This document shows positions 29,601-38,464 of a stretch of DNA of 45,113 bases, piece by piece. The translations under genes were made by a program, and so were the position numbers. Origin of the DNA: a virus (Duplodnaviria > Caudoviricetes). Each line of letters opens with the position of its first letter. Position 1 is the first letter of the stretch. The stretch is from the IMG/VR virus record IMGVR_UViG_3300030376_005384, positions 1-45,113 of that record. The stretch is one strand, 5' to 3'. The notes under the pieces were generated by a model. That model searched no databases and was not told the origin of the DNA. It worked only from the letters and a program-made list of their open reading frames with translations.

Positions 29601-29644
29601 CCTCTAGCTCGTGTTGGTTTTAATATTTTTTGAAAGTTACCCAT
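26600..29644 (-). CDS. Multi-domain LamG/ConA-like lectin fibre protein with carbohydrate-binding-like inserts
   Basis: ALEFDGVSDY, WYRLV..YLNGVL, WFHIIAVW..YVNGQ, FSGQIDDVQVYN; NLVTNSDFE..VDNVKV modules. Confidence 0.85.
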   Translation of the reverse strand: MGNFQKILKPTRARGLDTSGNNNHAQIYSGRALEFDGVSDYLTGPTTFPHSDTTIAMWITQDNATAEYRGITGRLSGGAETANWSIWWYEGKVRLYIGDGSGAENIESTTTLQNNTWYRLVCAVDFANKTGKIYLNGVLDKTVTWTRTHLEDSDGIGIGCLTVGNNLWEGKMSDFQIWNSTWTADDVTYDYLNPEQLALNRGGSSLTNSNLTLWYPMNEGHRGNQSYVLDASNTGLGDNLVTNSDFETSSANWTLVYAGGSGSGASIDAENTSNPLDGSKDLKIVNTSAGENAGAVSNGISFISGVTYKVSYKYKASASGCKGKIGHVNDSTGGSHIGGSEQQNLDNTTETDHSYIFTSTETETNYVTFIAPDGVTLQVDNVKVEPINNKNNATTAFYGDELNTTTNNRTFAGSNDWSVYNGTTVDVNSTVAGKMHITFEGDGTSQGAQLTIGDMGGTIVAGRKYRIEADLDYISGADTDIKFKFCIGGTNDATCVISATDGSPNDGGITTTEETYYSEVIATNTTGQLLILAKSAENDNASDPALITVDNVSVKEVGVASGWTDADQQLDIPQTALQSYNQLGWNDQADDSTNPIKSSVTPAFGTDDFAISFSFFTNEMTEQKFMYQGQSGTDGRIIFYTTSSGNIKIYSDSGGTAVGYEVITDNILTAGKWFHIIAVWNRTAGTVTSYVNGQLQSVSSDISGISGGFNGGGEFHPFRYSSTLQFVGSLTEIAYWKDTTFNASDAAELYNEGLILDATKHSKSSTLINYWRNDGLSTWKDLVGSDDLASNNMTQTMLITAGADSSRDSQGFLMNRQRTTNCINSINDNSSNSVGVNTEGVVVPHSNTLNITGNFTLCAWVKFKDLDNSYNIIHKKTQWDAPGYGLHRNTNGKLYLEYNDGVIGDGGQKQLGINFTPTLGEWYFVFATHTNSGNDIRGYALNTATTLTSSTTSGALSSVATNTEELTVGTGTGGDDNNHHRQFSGQIDDVQVYNEALDADELLRNFKAGKRSHK

Positions 29645-29653
29645 TTAAATCCT

Positions 29654-30373
29654 TTAACTAAAATCAGTTGCAGTTGTAGTATATGAACCATGTGAATCAT
29701 TAGCAGTTGTTCCAGTCCCCTCATCTAAACTCCACCATGATACTAAGTTTTCTGTTTCACCACCAGTTCCTGTGGTTAATCCAGCATAATTCTTGTTCAT
29801 TATTGATTTAATTTGTGCTTGTGTTAATGTTGCATTCCATATACCTACATTACAAATATGCCCATTAAATACGTAAGAATAACCAACTTCATTACCTATT
29901 GTTAAAACAGTACTTAAGGCCATAGTGTCTGATTTAGAGACAGTAGTTGCAACCCCATTTAAATAACTTGTTATAGTAGAACCATCCCAAGTAAAAGCAA
30001 CATGTTGCCATGTATTTGCTACTGGAGCAGGCGAAATAACTTGAGTCCCGTTTATTTTTATCCTTAAACTTTCATCAGAACTACTTAAATACCATAAAAT
30101 ACCATCAGGAGAAGAGTCTCTAGCTGTTGCAATAGCTTTTGTATCACCATCTGCAACAGGCCATATCCAGGCTGTCATTGTTATGTTTGTGTAGTTAGGA
30201 ACAAGTGAAGTAGTAATACCGTCATTTCCTGAACCATCAAAATATGCAGCACCATCACTTATAGGTATTACACCTCCTACACTATACTTATGCTTTAGTA
30301 CGAGGTTATCTGTTACTATACCAGGTGTTATTATACCTGTTCTTGATAAGTTACTACCTAATCCTAAAGGCAT
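29654..30373 (-). CDS. LamG/ConA-like domain virion protein
   Basis: WQHVAFTWDG..YLNG, FNGHICNVGIWN, LVSWWSLDEGTG. Confidence 0.85.
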   Translation of the reverse strand: MPLGLGSNLSRTGIITPGIVTDNLVLKHKYSVGGVIPISDGAAYFDGSGNDGITTSLVPNYTNITMTAWIWPVADGDTKAIATARDSSPDGILWYLSSSDESLRIKINGTQVISPAPVANTWQHVAFTWDGSTITSYLNGVATTVSKSDTMALSTVLTIGNEVGYSYVFNGHICNVGIWNATLTQAQIKSIMNKNYAGLTTGTGGETENLVSWWSLDEGTGTTANDSHGSYTTTATDFS

Positions 30374-30375
30374 AA

Positions 30376-30678
30376 CTAACCTATATAAGCTATTACTGCA
30401 CCAGAAGTTAAATCTATACTAGTCCAACGACCATAGATAGTCATTCCTGCTGGTATAGTTTCTGAAGCCATTGTGTTACCATTATATGAACCTACACCAT
30501 AACCATTTGTAGTATCTGCAGGTGTTAGCGCATTAAACACAGTATCTTCTACACATTGTATTGCTACAAAGTTTCCTGAATGTACAGAAGTATCTGATAT
30601 GAACTTAGCCCCAGCCTGACCTAAAGCAGCATTTTGTGCTTCTACGACTGTAAGTTTATGTAAACTTGAGTTTGCCAT
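30376..30678 (-). CDS. Small virion structural protein
   Basis: TIPAGMTIYGRWTSIDLTSGAVIAY; AAGGAG RBS. Confidence 0.7.
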   Translation of the reverse strand: MANSSLHKLTVVEAQNAALGQAGAKFISDTSVHSGNFVAIQCVEDTVFNALTPADTTNGYGVGSYNGNTMASETIPAGMTIYGRWTSIDLTSGAVIAYIG

Positions 30679-30696
30679 TTTATTCTCCTTTTGAGT

Positions 30697-30794
30697 GTAC
30701 TTTAAGCTCTGGCATGAGCATGAACGTACTTGTTATAAAAAATTCTTAGTAGATTCGGGGTAAACCTTTTATATGATTTACCCCATAGTTCTAC
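30697..30794 (-). promoter_or_regulatory. Intergenic hairpins downstream of the capsid/decoration genes
   Basis: GTAGA..GGGGTAAA/TTTACCCC..TCTAC (30749-30794) and GTAC..GCTC/GAGC..GTAC (30697-30729). Confidence 0.5.
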
Positions 30795-30821
30795 AAAACT
30801 ATTAAACCTTATTGTTTTGGT

Positions 30822-31259
30822 TTATGATATAGTAATATGAGCAACATCATGCGCTGTAGCTCTTGTTAGGTATTTAACCCCATCACAAAAGATTTCAACA
30901 CAATCTCCAAGTTGCGCTCCACTAATAAATACTATTTCATCAACTGCTGTTGAGTCTGTTGAAGAACCTGTTCCACCATCACCACCAGAAGTATATCCAA
31001 CTATAGTATCTTCAGCTGTATTATTAGCTATAGTCACTGCATTAGCTGCAACAGTAGTTAATATGAATTTAACATTCCAGCCTGCGTCAACTGCGCTAAC
31101 TAAAGGAAGAGTAATCTCATATGCGCTAGCTTGGTTTACTCCAAACACTTTACCAGAATCATTAGAATCTAATGTTCTAGCTGCCGCAATAACTTCAAAC
31201 TTAGCATTAACTCCTGAATCACCAGCACTACTATTATTATTTAAAAAATCACTTCTCAT
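30822..31259 (-). CDS. Putative capsid decoration/cement protein
   Basis: Directly after the MCP; TLDSNDSGKVF..ITLP..GWNVKFI; GAGGAGG RBS favours start 31259. Confidence 0.65.
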   Translation of the reverse strand: MRSDFLNNNSSAGDSGVNAKFEVIAAARTLDSNDSGKVFGVNQASAYEITLPLVSAVDAGWNVKFILTTVAANAVTIANNTAEDTIVGYTSGGDGGTGSSTDSTAVDEIVFISGAQLGDCVEIFCDGVKYLTRATAHDVAHITIS

Positions 31260-31260
31260 A

Positions 31261-32586
31261 TTATAATGCCTCCTCAAAGTTAAACAACGCATGTGTTTCT
31301 GGTAAAGTTACTTCAAGACCTGCTTCTGTTAGAATCATATCTTTTCGTAAATCTTCATCAGCTTGTTGCACATTTGTTGTTATTGAAGTATCTCTATTAA
31401 TACCATTACCAACTAAAGGTCTATAAGAAACATTATCAAGGTCAGCCATTAGCATAAACTCGCCAGACATTCCTCTAAATAAAGGTTCTTTTACAAGTGA
31501 TAAATCACCATGAACAGTTTCAACTTTCATAACTTTATGTCCAAAAGTTCCTTGAGAAGCATTAAAGTTATATCTGTTACTTCCGCCCATTGAGTCACCA
31601 ATAAACCCTACTCCATCACCTAATTTATTAAATAATGAAATTACAGGAAGTGAGCATAAAGCTAATTTACTTGAGCTTCCACCTCTTGCAGGGTCAAAAA
31701 CAACTTCTAAATCACGAAGAAGAACATCGTAAGTTAAACTTCCAGCTGCAACTGTTTTAAGATAAGCTTGGCCTTCAGTATATTCTAACTGCTCAGAATC
31801 TTCTTTTGTTTGACCTTGACCGTTTGCCATAATATGACCTGCAAGACCGTCAGTATATTGAACACCACCAGATGAAGCACGTTGACCAAAAAGCATAGCT
31901 CTTTCAATATCAATTTTATGCTCTCTTAATTTAAGATTCCATATCCTGTCCCACTCATCAGCATATCCACGATAAACTGTTGCTCTAGCTGTATTAGACA
32001 TTTCGCAAGCTGTTTTAAAGATTTGGGTATATCCATAATCATTATCTAGCTGTTGAGACCATACATCTGGTGCGCCACTTCCTTCACCAAATGCTGTACC
32101 AATTACTGTAGCTTTTGCACTAGAAGTTGAGTCAGCATCTGAACCTGGATTTGTTAACCATTTTATATTAATTGATGTGTCAGAATTAATAGTTTCTATT
32201 CTTGCATTAGCATGATTTGGCGCTCCACTATTTCCAGTAACTGATTCAACTGAAATAACCATACCTTTAATAAGCCATGGCTGGGATGCTGCTAATGTTG
32301 CTGTAACTGTAGCACCAGCAGAAACTGCTGCTAAGTCTGTTGAAATAACAAAACTTCTATCAGTCATTGCTATTTTTGTTCTATCTTCTAAAAACCTAAA
32401 CTGAGAATCAGTTGTAGGTACTTTTCCTACTTTTGACAAGTATACAAAAAATGGTGATTCTTCTGGGGATAACTCAGCAATTCTATCACTAAAGTCATAC
32501 AGTCTTCTTGTGCTTAAATTTGCACTATCTACTGTATTGCCACCAGGAGTACCAAATTTTACTTGCCCACTATTATAAGTAGCCAT
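31261..32586 (-). CDS. Major capsid protein
   Basis: Follows portal and scaffold; YTQIFKT, HKIDIERAMLFG, ILTEAGLEV..ETHA. Confidence 0.9.
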   Translation of the reverse strand: MATYNSGQVKFGTPGGNTVDSANLSTRRLYDFSDRIAELSPEESPFFVYLSKVGKVPTTDSQFRFLEDRTKIAMTDRSFVISTDLAAVSAGATVTATLAASQPWLIKGMVISVESVTGNSGAPNHANARIETINSDTSINIKWLTNPGSDADSTSSAKATVIGTAFGEGSGAPDVWSQQLDNDYGYTQIFKTACEMSNTARATVYRGYADEWDRIWNLKLREHKIDIERAMLFGQRASSGGVQYTDGLAGHIMANGQGQTKEDSEQLEYTEGQAYLKTVAAGSLTYDVLLRDLEVVFDPARGGSSSKLALCSLPVISLFNKLGDGVGFIGDSMGGSNRYNFNASQGTFGHKVMKVETVHGDLSLVKEPLFRGMSGEFMLMADLDNVSYRPLVGNGINRDTSITTNVQQADEDLRKDMILTEAGLEVTLPETHALFNFEEAL

Positions 32587-32612
32587 TTATTTCTCCTTGT
32601 TTATATTATCAT

Positions 32613-33335
32613 TTACAATACATTCGTACGACTACCAGCACCTTTAATTCTATCCCACATAGAGTCTTCGTCACTTTGAGGAGTTTGAGGTGCTTGACCT
32701 TGCAACACTCCACCTTGTGCAGGTGTACCCTGCGTTTGACGAACACCATCAAGTGGTCTTTCTATTTGCTGATTATCTCCAGACTCAATAACAGCTCTCC
32801 ACATTTTAATAGCACCATCAACACCATACTCAGCAGGATTTTGAGCTGCAAAATTCATAAAAGAGTCTACTTCTTCTGGGCCTAAGCCTCTTTGTTGTAG
32901 TTCGGTCTTTAATTGCATTTCGCCTTGATTTCTCTGTAATCCTTGCATTTGCTGGTTAACAGCTCCATTAATAGAGTCCTGTAATTCTTGTTGTCTGAAC
33001 TTGTACGATTTAGACTGAGGGTCATTATAGGCTTCCCATGGGTCAAATTCATCTTTATCTAATTCAATACGTTGAGGTTGTGTTGGTTGACCTTGTCCTT
33101 GTACCATACCAGTTATGGTTTGGGTTATATCTGGACGCGATTCCAATAGTTGACCTATTTTTTCATATTGCTTTAGTTTAGAGTTTTCCGCTGCGAGTTT
33201 ATCCTTTTCACTTTGGAAGTATTTTGCTTGGTCTTCCCAGTTTCCAGAACTCTCTTGCGTATTTGCGTTATCGTCTTGCCCTACATTATCAACAGTTTCA
33301 CCTTCTAGATGTCCGTCTTCATATGCGTTATTCAT
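32613..33335 (-). CDS. Capsid scaffolding protein
   Basis: Acidic/Q-rich helical protein between portal and MCP; RBS favours ATG 33335. Confidence 0.75.
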   Translation of the reverse strand: MNNAYEDGHLEGETVDNVGQDDNANTQESSGNWEDQAKYFQSEKDKLAAENSKLKQYEKIGQLLESRPDITQTITGMVQGQGQPTQPQRIELDKDEFDPWEAYNDPQSKSYKFRQQELQDSINGAVNQQMQGLQRNQGEMQLKTELQQRGLGPEEVDSFMNFAAQNPAEYGVDGAIKMWRAVIESGDNQQIERPLDGVRQTQGTPAQGGVLQGQAPQTPQSDEDSMWDRIKGAGSRTNVL

Positions 33336-35370
33336 TAGTTGTATTTCCTTCCTGCGATTTCTGTTGTCCTTTTTGAGTTTGACCACGAGTATTATCTCGT
33401 AATCTCTCTGACTCTAGTTTAACCGCATCTTTTAGTCTACCAGTCGCCAACTTATTAGCGGCACGAGACTCATATTTTTGCTCTGCCAATTGGCTTTTGA
33501 ATTTTTCTACCTCTGTACGTTTTCTAGCTGCAACACTTTCTCTGTCTGCAGTTTGTAAGTCGCCACCTAATTTTTTAAGCTGCTCTTGTGCCTGTCCTAA
33601 CATACTCTGTAATTTACTAACTTCGTCAGTTCTTTGCAATACCCCTTGTTTGTCGAATATTTCTGTTTTCTTCAATGCTTCTACCCTATCTATCAAGCCA
33701 GCTTGGTAAGCTTCCATATATAATTGGAACTCTCCATACTTATTAGATGGTAGTGTAGAACCTCCAAGTATTCGTATATCAAACTGACCTACAGTTATAT
33801 CATTTTCTATTGACTGTAATTCGTTAGTTTTGTCGTCATATAAACGAGAATTTACTGTAAACTCATTTATATCATTATTAGGTTGTACTATTCTAAATGT
33901 CTTTTTAAATCTATAATGTTGTCTAGCCATATTATATACAACTTGACCTAATCTTTTCATTGAACCTTCAATATCTCTTAATTTAGATTTTGAACGTCTT
34001 TGCCCAACATTTTCCATCATCATTGTGGCTGAGTAAGTTCTAGGTGCTGCATCACTACTGCCTTGCATCATCTCAAAAATACCCATATTTAAATCAATAT
34101 AACCTTCAATCATTTTAGGTAATGTTAAAATACTACCTGATAATGGTTGTGGTGTAGGAAAATGAGGTTGACCAAAAGATGGGTCATATTCAATTGTTGC
34201 GTTTGGATTTGCCCAATCTCTTTCTAGCTCCTCAATATCGCTAACACTGCCTTGTGGAACTAAAAGCTTTAAACCTGCTGAAGCTTGTGCATGTGACGTA
34301 ATAAGAGAAACTGTCTTATTAAGAAACCTTTGAAACGCTTTATTCTTTCTAACATCACTCATTGGATATGGAGTGTTAGTCCAAATGTTTGGTGCTGGTA
34401 TAACAGGATATATGTCTGTATCACATATCATCTCATATAAAACTATTTGACCAACAGTGCATGTTAATTTAATTCTTGGTTGTGTAACTTCTACATAATC
34501 TATTAAGCCAGCTTCAATTGCTGCTGCAAAGTCTCTATCTTCTGCCATAACAGAAAATTGTTCTTGAGTCATAATTCTTTCATCACCACTTCTGGCATCT
34601 ACAACTCTATAATACGGAACTCTTACCTTCTTGTAATGTTCAAGAAGTCTATACTTTTCAATATGATAGTCTTTATCTTTTGTATTGTCTGGTGTAAAGC
34701 TTTCCATAGTTGTTTTATTGGTTGCATCAGGATAATCCTCCTCTTTATTAAATGTTGATATTTCATCTATTAATAATTTTTCTGAGTCTTCGCTAATTGG
34801 TTGACTCATTTGTGGGTATAAATCTATTAACTGTTGTCTAGTTAATATAGTTGATACAATAATGCCCGAAGCATCATCAAAATACTTATGTCTTGAATTA
34901 GGGTCAACATAAACTCTAAAAGGGTCTACATATGTAAATTTAACTTCACCCCTACCAAAATCAGCATCTCTATCTAAGTATGCATAAAAATAACCTAGGC
35001 CTGTAACAGCGTAATCATGAACTACTTGTTTAAATACTTCATCACCATCTGATTTATCCCAAACATATTCTAATATAGTTTTCCAAACACTTGCTAACCT
35101 ACTGTCAGAGTCTTCTCTACCAATAGCACTAAACTTAGGCTGCTTAGATGTAACAATAGCTTTGAATTGTTCAATCGCAGCATATAGTCTGTCCATAGGC
35201 ATAGATGATTGGTTTCGTGAATCAAGTTCATCAAGCTCTTCTGCTGAAAAGTGGTTACCTAGATAAAAATCAATATCTTCTCTAGCGGCTACATCCCAGT
35301 CTTTTCTGGCATCTCTCCACCTGTCAAACAATTCATTTATCTCTTTTACCCTTAAATCTTCTTGTATCAT
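33328..35370 (-). CDS. Portal protein (P22-like)
   Basis: DFYLGNHF, DYAVTGLG, VDPFRVYVDP, long C-terminal coiled coil; follows TerL. Confidence 0.9.
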   Translation of the reverse strand: MIQEDLRVKEINELFDRWRDARKDWDVAAREDIDFYLGNHFSAEELDELDSRNQSSMPMDRLYAAIEQFKAIVTSKQPKFSAIGREDSDSRLASVWKTILEYVWDKSDGDEVFKQVVHDYAVTGLGYFYAYLDRDADFGRGEVKFTYVDPFRVYVDPNSRHKYFDDASGIIVSTILTRQQLIDLYPQMSQPISEDSEKLLIDEISTFNKEEDYPDATNKTTMESFTPDNTKDKDYHIEKYRLLEHYKKVRVPYYRVVDARSGDERIMTQEQFSVMAEDRDFAAAIEAGLIDYVEVTQPRIKLTCTVGQIVLYEMICDTDIYPVIPAPNIWTNTPYPMSDVRKNKAFQRFLNKTVSLITSHAQASAGLKLLVPQGSVSDIEELERDWANPNATIEYDPSFGQPHFPTPQPLSGSILTLPKMIEGYIDLNMGIFEMMQGSSDAAPRTYSATMMMENVGQRRSKSKLRDIEGSMKRLGQVVYNMARQHYRFKKTFRIVQPNNDINEFTVNSRLYDDKTNELQSIENDITVGQFDIRILGGSTLPSNKYGEFQLYMEAYQAGLIDRVEALKKTEIFDKQGVLQRTDEVSKLQSMLGQAQEQLKKLGGDLQTADRESVAARKRTEVEKFKSQLAEQKYESRAANKLATGRLKDAVKLESERLRDNTRGQTQKGQQKSQEGNTTNE

Positions 35371-35407
35371 AGTGTATAATATAGCATTACTTTCTAGCTC
35401 CAGTCAA
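35371..35407 (-). promoter_or_regulatory. Sigma70-like promoter giving a probably leaderless portal mRNA
   Basis: TTGACT-18-TATATT (with TGn extension); the ATG follows the -10 by 7 nt; no SD. Confidence 0.55.
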
Positions 35408-36943
35408 CCAATTATATGCTTTTTTTGGTTTTGACCATACACCAGATTTATTTTTAGTCTTTTTCTTTAACTTGGGCTGGCCCTTAGCATATTGAGTAGC
35501 AAGCCAAAATGCATCTATAGTATCATCATGACTTCCTTTCGGAAAATCAAGCAATTCGCCTATAAATTCATGCATTTCTTTTTTTATGTGTACAGCGCCT
35601 GCTTTAAACATTGGTTGTAAACCTTCGAATAATCTATCCTTTTTCTTTTGGTTATAATTTTTAATACCCTGTTCGATACCTGGAAGAAACAATCCTTCCC
35701 TTTTACTTCTTTTCATTACATAATCTCTAAGCATTTCTTGGTATGCAATAGTTTCTATGTTTATTCTTCGTATCGGTTTGTATCGTTTTGTAATTTCAAA
35801 TATCTTGTCAGCACAGTCCATCGGTAAAACTCGTTCCCTCCAATATTCAATAACATAGTAATCGTAGCTATCAGTAACGCCAATAACCATAATAACACTA
35901 TAGTCGTTCCTAGCACCAATTGTTGAGGCAGGGTCAACACCAATATATATATTGACGTACTCTTTTCTACCATCATCAAGTTTAATGTACCAAGAATTGT
36001 ACTCTTCGTCAAACCTAGCATATCCTTTATACTGCGCATTATTTATATCTTCCTCACTAAATATTTGGTCTTCAGGTGATTTAGCTTGGTTCATGTATTC
36101 TTGATAAAACTTAGCTGGTGTACCTGAATCTATGTAAAACTGTTTTCTTTCTTCTAATTTTTTAATCGGCCATCTTGAAGGCCATATAGGTTTACTATCT
36201 TCTATTGCTTTTCTAGTAAATACTTCCCATGCAAATTGTTCACCTGTTTTTTTACATTCTGCATCTTTAGTTACTAACCCATTTAAAAAGCTATCATAAT
36301 GAACAATTGTGCCATTACACCATAAAAAACCTTTTTTATCAAAATCAATAGCTGGATATACTGCTGCTGTTACCCATTCTTTAATTTGCCTTCTAGAATC
36401 AGGAGTTTTTGTATTTAGCTCTGATTCAAAGTCATCAAGTATAATTCCAGTATATCTTGTTGAATTTTGTTTTTTACCTCTTAATCTCTGAGAAGTACCT
36501 TTACCAATCATTCTGCAGCCATTTTTTAAAGTAAATTCATTTTTAGTCCATTTATCACCTTCTAAATCACCAAAGTAGTAATGCACAGCTGGATTACTAA
36601 ATATATGGTTTTGAATCCACCCAATATTATCTACTGCTTGGTCTTGTGCTTCACCTATCCATGCAATAAACTCAGGAGTTTCTTTTGTAGCAAATAAAAG
36701 TTTATGTAGTATTGCGGTAGCAGCTAAAGTAGATTTTGCGTGGTCTCTAGGTAAAACTAATGCTAATTGTTGTTTTGTAGGGTCAAGTAATAATTCTCCT
36801 ACGTTTATATGAAAATCAGGAGTTGCTGATGCTAAAAAGTCTTGTGGGCTAAATAACTTGCCGAATGTAATTAAATTACTGTATGCTAAGTGAAGAGCTT
36901 CTTCATTTTTACTAACATTACCATTAAGATTTAAATTAGCCAT
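35387..36943 (-). CDS. terL: Terminase large subunit
   Basis: Walker A PRDHAKST, Walker B ILDDFESE, GT, FYQEYMN; nuclease GVDPA..IE..HDDTIDA. Confidence 0.95.
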   Translation of the reverse strand: MANLNLNGNVSKNEEALHLAYSNLITFGKLFSPQDFLASATPDFHINVGELLLDPTKQQLALVLPRDHAKSTLAATAILHKLLFATKETPEFIAWIGEAQDQAVDNIGWIQNHIFSNPAVHYYFGDLEGDKWTKNEFTLKNGCRMIGKGTSQRLRGKKQNSTRYTGIILDDFESELNTKTPDSRRQIKEWVTAAVYPAIDFDKKGFLWCNGTIVHYDSFLNGLVTKDAECKKTGEQFAWEVFTRKAIEDSKPIWPSRWPIKKLEERKQFYIDSGTPAKFYQEYMNQAKSPEDQIFSEEDINNAQYKGYARFDEEYNSWYIKLDDGRKEYVNIYIGVDPASTIGARNDYSVIMVIGVTDSYDYYVIEYWRERVLPMDCADKIFEITKRYKPIRRINIETIAYQEMLRDYVMKRSKREGLFLPGIEQGIKNYNQKKKDRLFEGLQPMFKAGAVHIKKEMHEFIGELLDFPKGSHDDTIDAFWLATQYAKGQPKLKKKTKNKSGVWSKPKKAYNWLTGARK

Positions 36944-37383
36944 TAAGGGTTATAAGGATTATTCCTTGCTGCCGCTAGTAAAAAAGATGCTAAGTTTTTG
37001 TCCATACCTTTAGATTTTGGATTATTTAGTAAACTTTGTGCTGCTTTAGTATAAGTTGCCTCATTAATACTTCCATACCTGTCATCATCATAATATCTGT
37101 CAGCCATGCTAGATACAACTTTTATAGTACTATCTGGGTTTAATACTCTAAATAAGTCTTCAATGTCTCTTCCTTGTGATATTCTTGCTAATCTTGCTAT
37201 TTTAGCATTAGGGTCAGCATTTTCTATTAATTTATCTATATCCTCATGCGCACCACCTATTTCGCTTTGAGATACACCATAACCGTAATAATTAATTAAA
37301 GACTCTAATAATCCACGCTCACGAAGCGGTTGAGATTTGAAGTCTTCATAATTATAGCCACCTTGTTTAATTTTGCTATTCAT
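36943..37383 (-). CDS. Hypothetical protein
   Basis: ORF track; TAATG-coupled to terL. Confidence 0.7.
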   Translation of the reverse strand: MNSKIKQGGYNYEDFKSQPLRERGLLESLINYYGYGVSQSEIGGAHEDIDKLIENADPNAKIARLARISQGRDIEDLFRVLNPDSTIKVVSSMADRYYDDDRYGSINEATYTKAAQSLLNNPKSKGMDKNLASFLLAAARNNPYNP

Positions 37384-37384
37384 A

Positions 37385-37783
37385 TTAAAAATCCTTTATA
37401 AGTTCAAAATGAGGAAAATCATCAAAATTGTTATCATCCACCTCAAAATTCTTGTTCCAATCGCCTCCCCAGCGAATATTTATTTCCATAGACTGAGCAA
37501 TTCCCAGGACAAAGCCAGCAAAAAGGTGGAAACGCTCTCTATCATTCCAATCAATAGGATAGGGAACAACATCAGCAGCCCTACTAGGACTAGCATTATG
37601 ACGACCATTTGGGTATTGTACTTTAGTTTTCCCTTCTTCATATAGTTTGTTTTGCCTTTCTTTACTTCGATGTCCTTCAATAACAGAACAATCAACGTGT
37701 TTAATAACTTCGTTGAATAAATCTTGTAAATCTTCATCACATGTTGCAAGGTTTTTTCTTGACCTACTTCCAAATTTTGGCAT
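37385..37783 (-). CDS. Endolysin, M15 family (L-Ala-D-Glu peptidase-like)
   Basis: EGHRS..Q, H..S.AAD, IRWGGDW, DFPHFEL. Confidence 0.92.
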   Translation of the reverse strand: MPKFGSRSRKNLATCDEDLQDLFNEVIKHVDCSVIEGHRSKERQNKLYEEGKTKVQYPNGRHNASPSRAADVVPYPIDWNDRERFHLFAGFVLGIAQSMEINIRWGGDWNKNFEVDDNNFDDFPHFELIKDF

Positions 37784-37785
37784 TA

Positions 37786-37983
37786 TTACTCCTTATTGCA
37801 CTTACACTTAATATTTTTAGGTAGATGTGCCATTTTTTCTAATAAATTAAGGCGCTTCTCTACTTCGCTCATCTTCACATCTAACTCATTATCATCAAAA
37901 ACGTAAGACATAACCTTATCTAAACTAAAATGTTTAGTTAGTTTGGTTGCTATAATGTTTATTACAAACTTAGATATTATCAC
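37786..37983 (-). CDS. Hypothetical protein (lysis region)
   Basis: ORF track; YVFDDNELD. Confidence 0.7.
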   Translation of the reverse strand: MIISKFVINIIATKLTKHFSLDKVMSYVFDDNELDVKMSEVEKRLNLLEKMAHLPKNIKCKCNKE

Positions 37984-38228
37984 TCTAAATCCATTAATAT
38001 TTCTTCAAGCCTATCAAATCTGTTGTCTAGCTGTGTTTCTATCTTAGCAACACTAACTTTTAAGTTAACTATACTCTTTTCACTAGATTCTACTCTTTTT
38101 ACAACTTTAGCTTGTTCACTTGTAATATTTTCAACTTTATTTGAATTAATACCATAAGAAACTGCCGCTCCAATAACTACTGAAGCTATTGTAAGTATAG
38201 AGCCTAATGAAATCTTTTTGTCTATCAT
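37980..38228 (-). CDS. Membrane protein with coiled coil (holin-like)
   Basis: N-terminal TM ISLGSILTIASVVIGAAVSYG; near the endolysin. Confidence 0.6.
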   Translation of the reverse strand: MIDKKISLGSILTIASVVIGAAVSYGINSNKVENITSEQAKVVKRVESSEKSIVNLKVSVAKIETQLDNRFDRLEEILMDLE

Positions 38229-38464
38229 GCAAGACCGCCTTCTGTTTCGCTGCCATAAATATACAAAATATTATCATCTAAATCAAACTCTGATTTGCAT
38301 GCTGGACATTTCCATGAATCTATGTCCCCATTTAGCTCAATAACCCCTATTCTTTTACTACAATCTTCATCATAGTACAAATTCTTTTCGCATATAGGGC
38401 AAGGGTCTATCTTATCTTTTAAATCACTCTTTTTCTTTATGTGCAAGTACTTCTGTTTTTCCAC
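38225..38464 (-). CDS. Zn-ribbon protein
   Basis: CPIC...CPAC. Confidence 0.75.
   Translation of the reverse strand: MEKQKYLHIKKKSDLKDKIDPCPICEKNLYYDEDCSKRIGVIELNGDIDSWKCPACKSEFDLDDNILYIYGSETEGGLA

Noticed and set aside
37480-37773. Hydrophobic ORF overprinted on the endolysin (possible holin/spanin)
   Set aside because: No RBS or lipobox; shifted frames of AT-rich genes commonly give L/I/M-rich strings.
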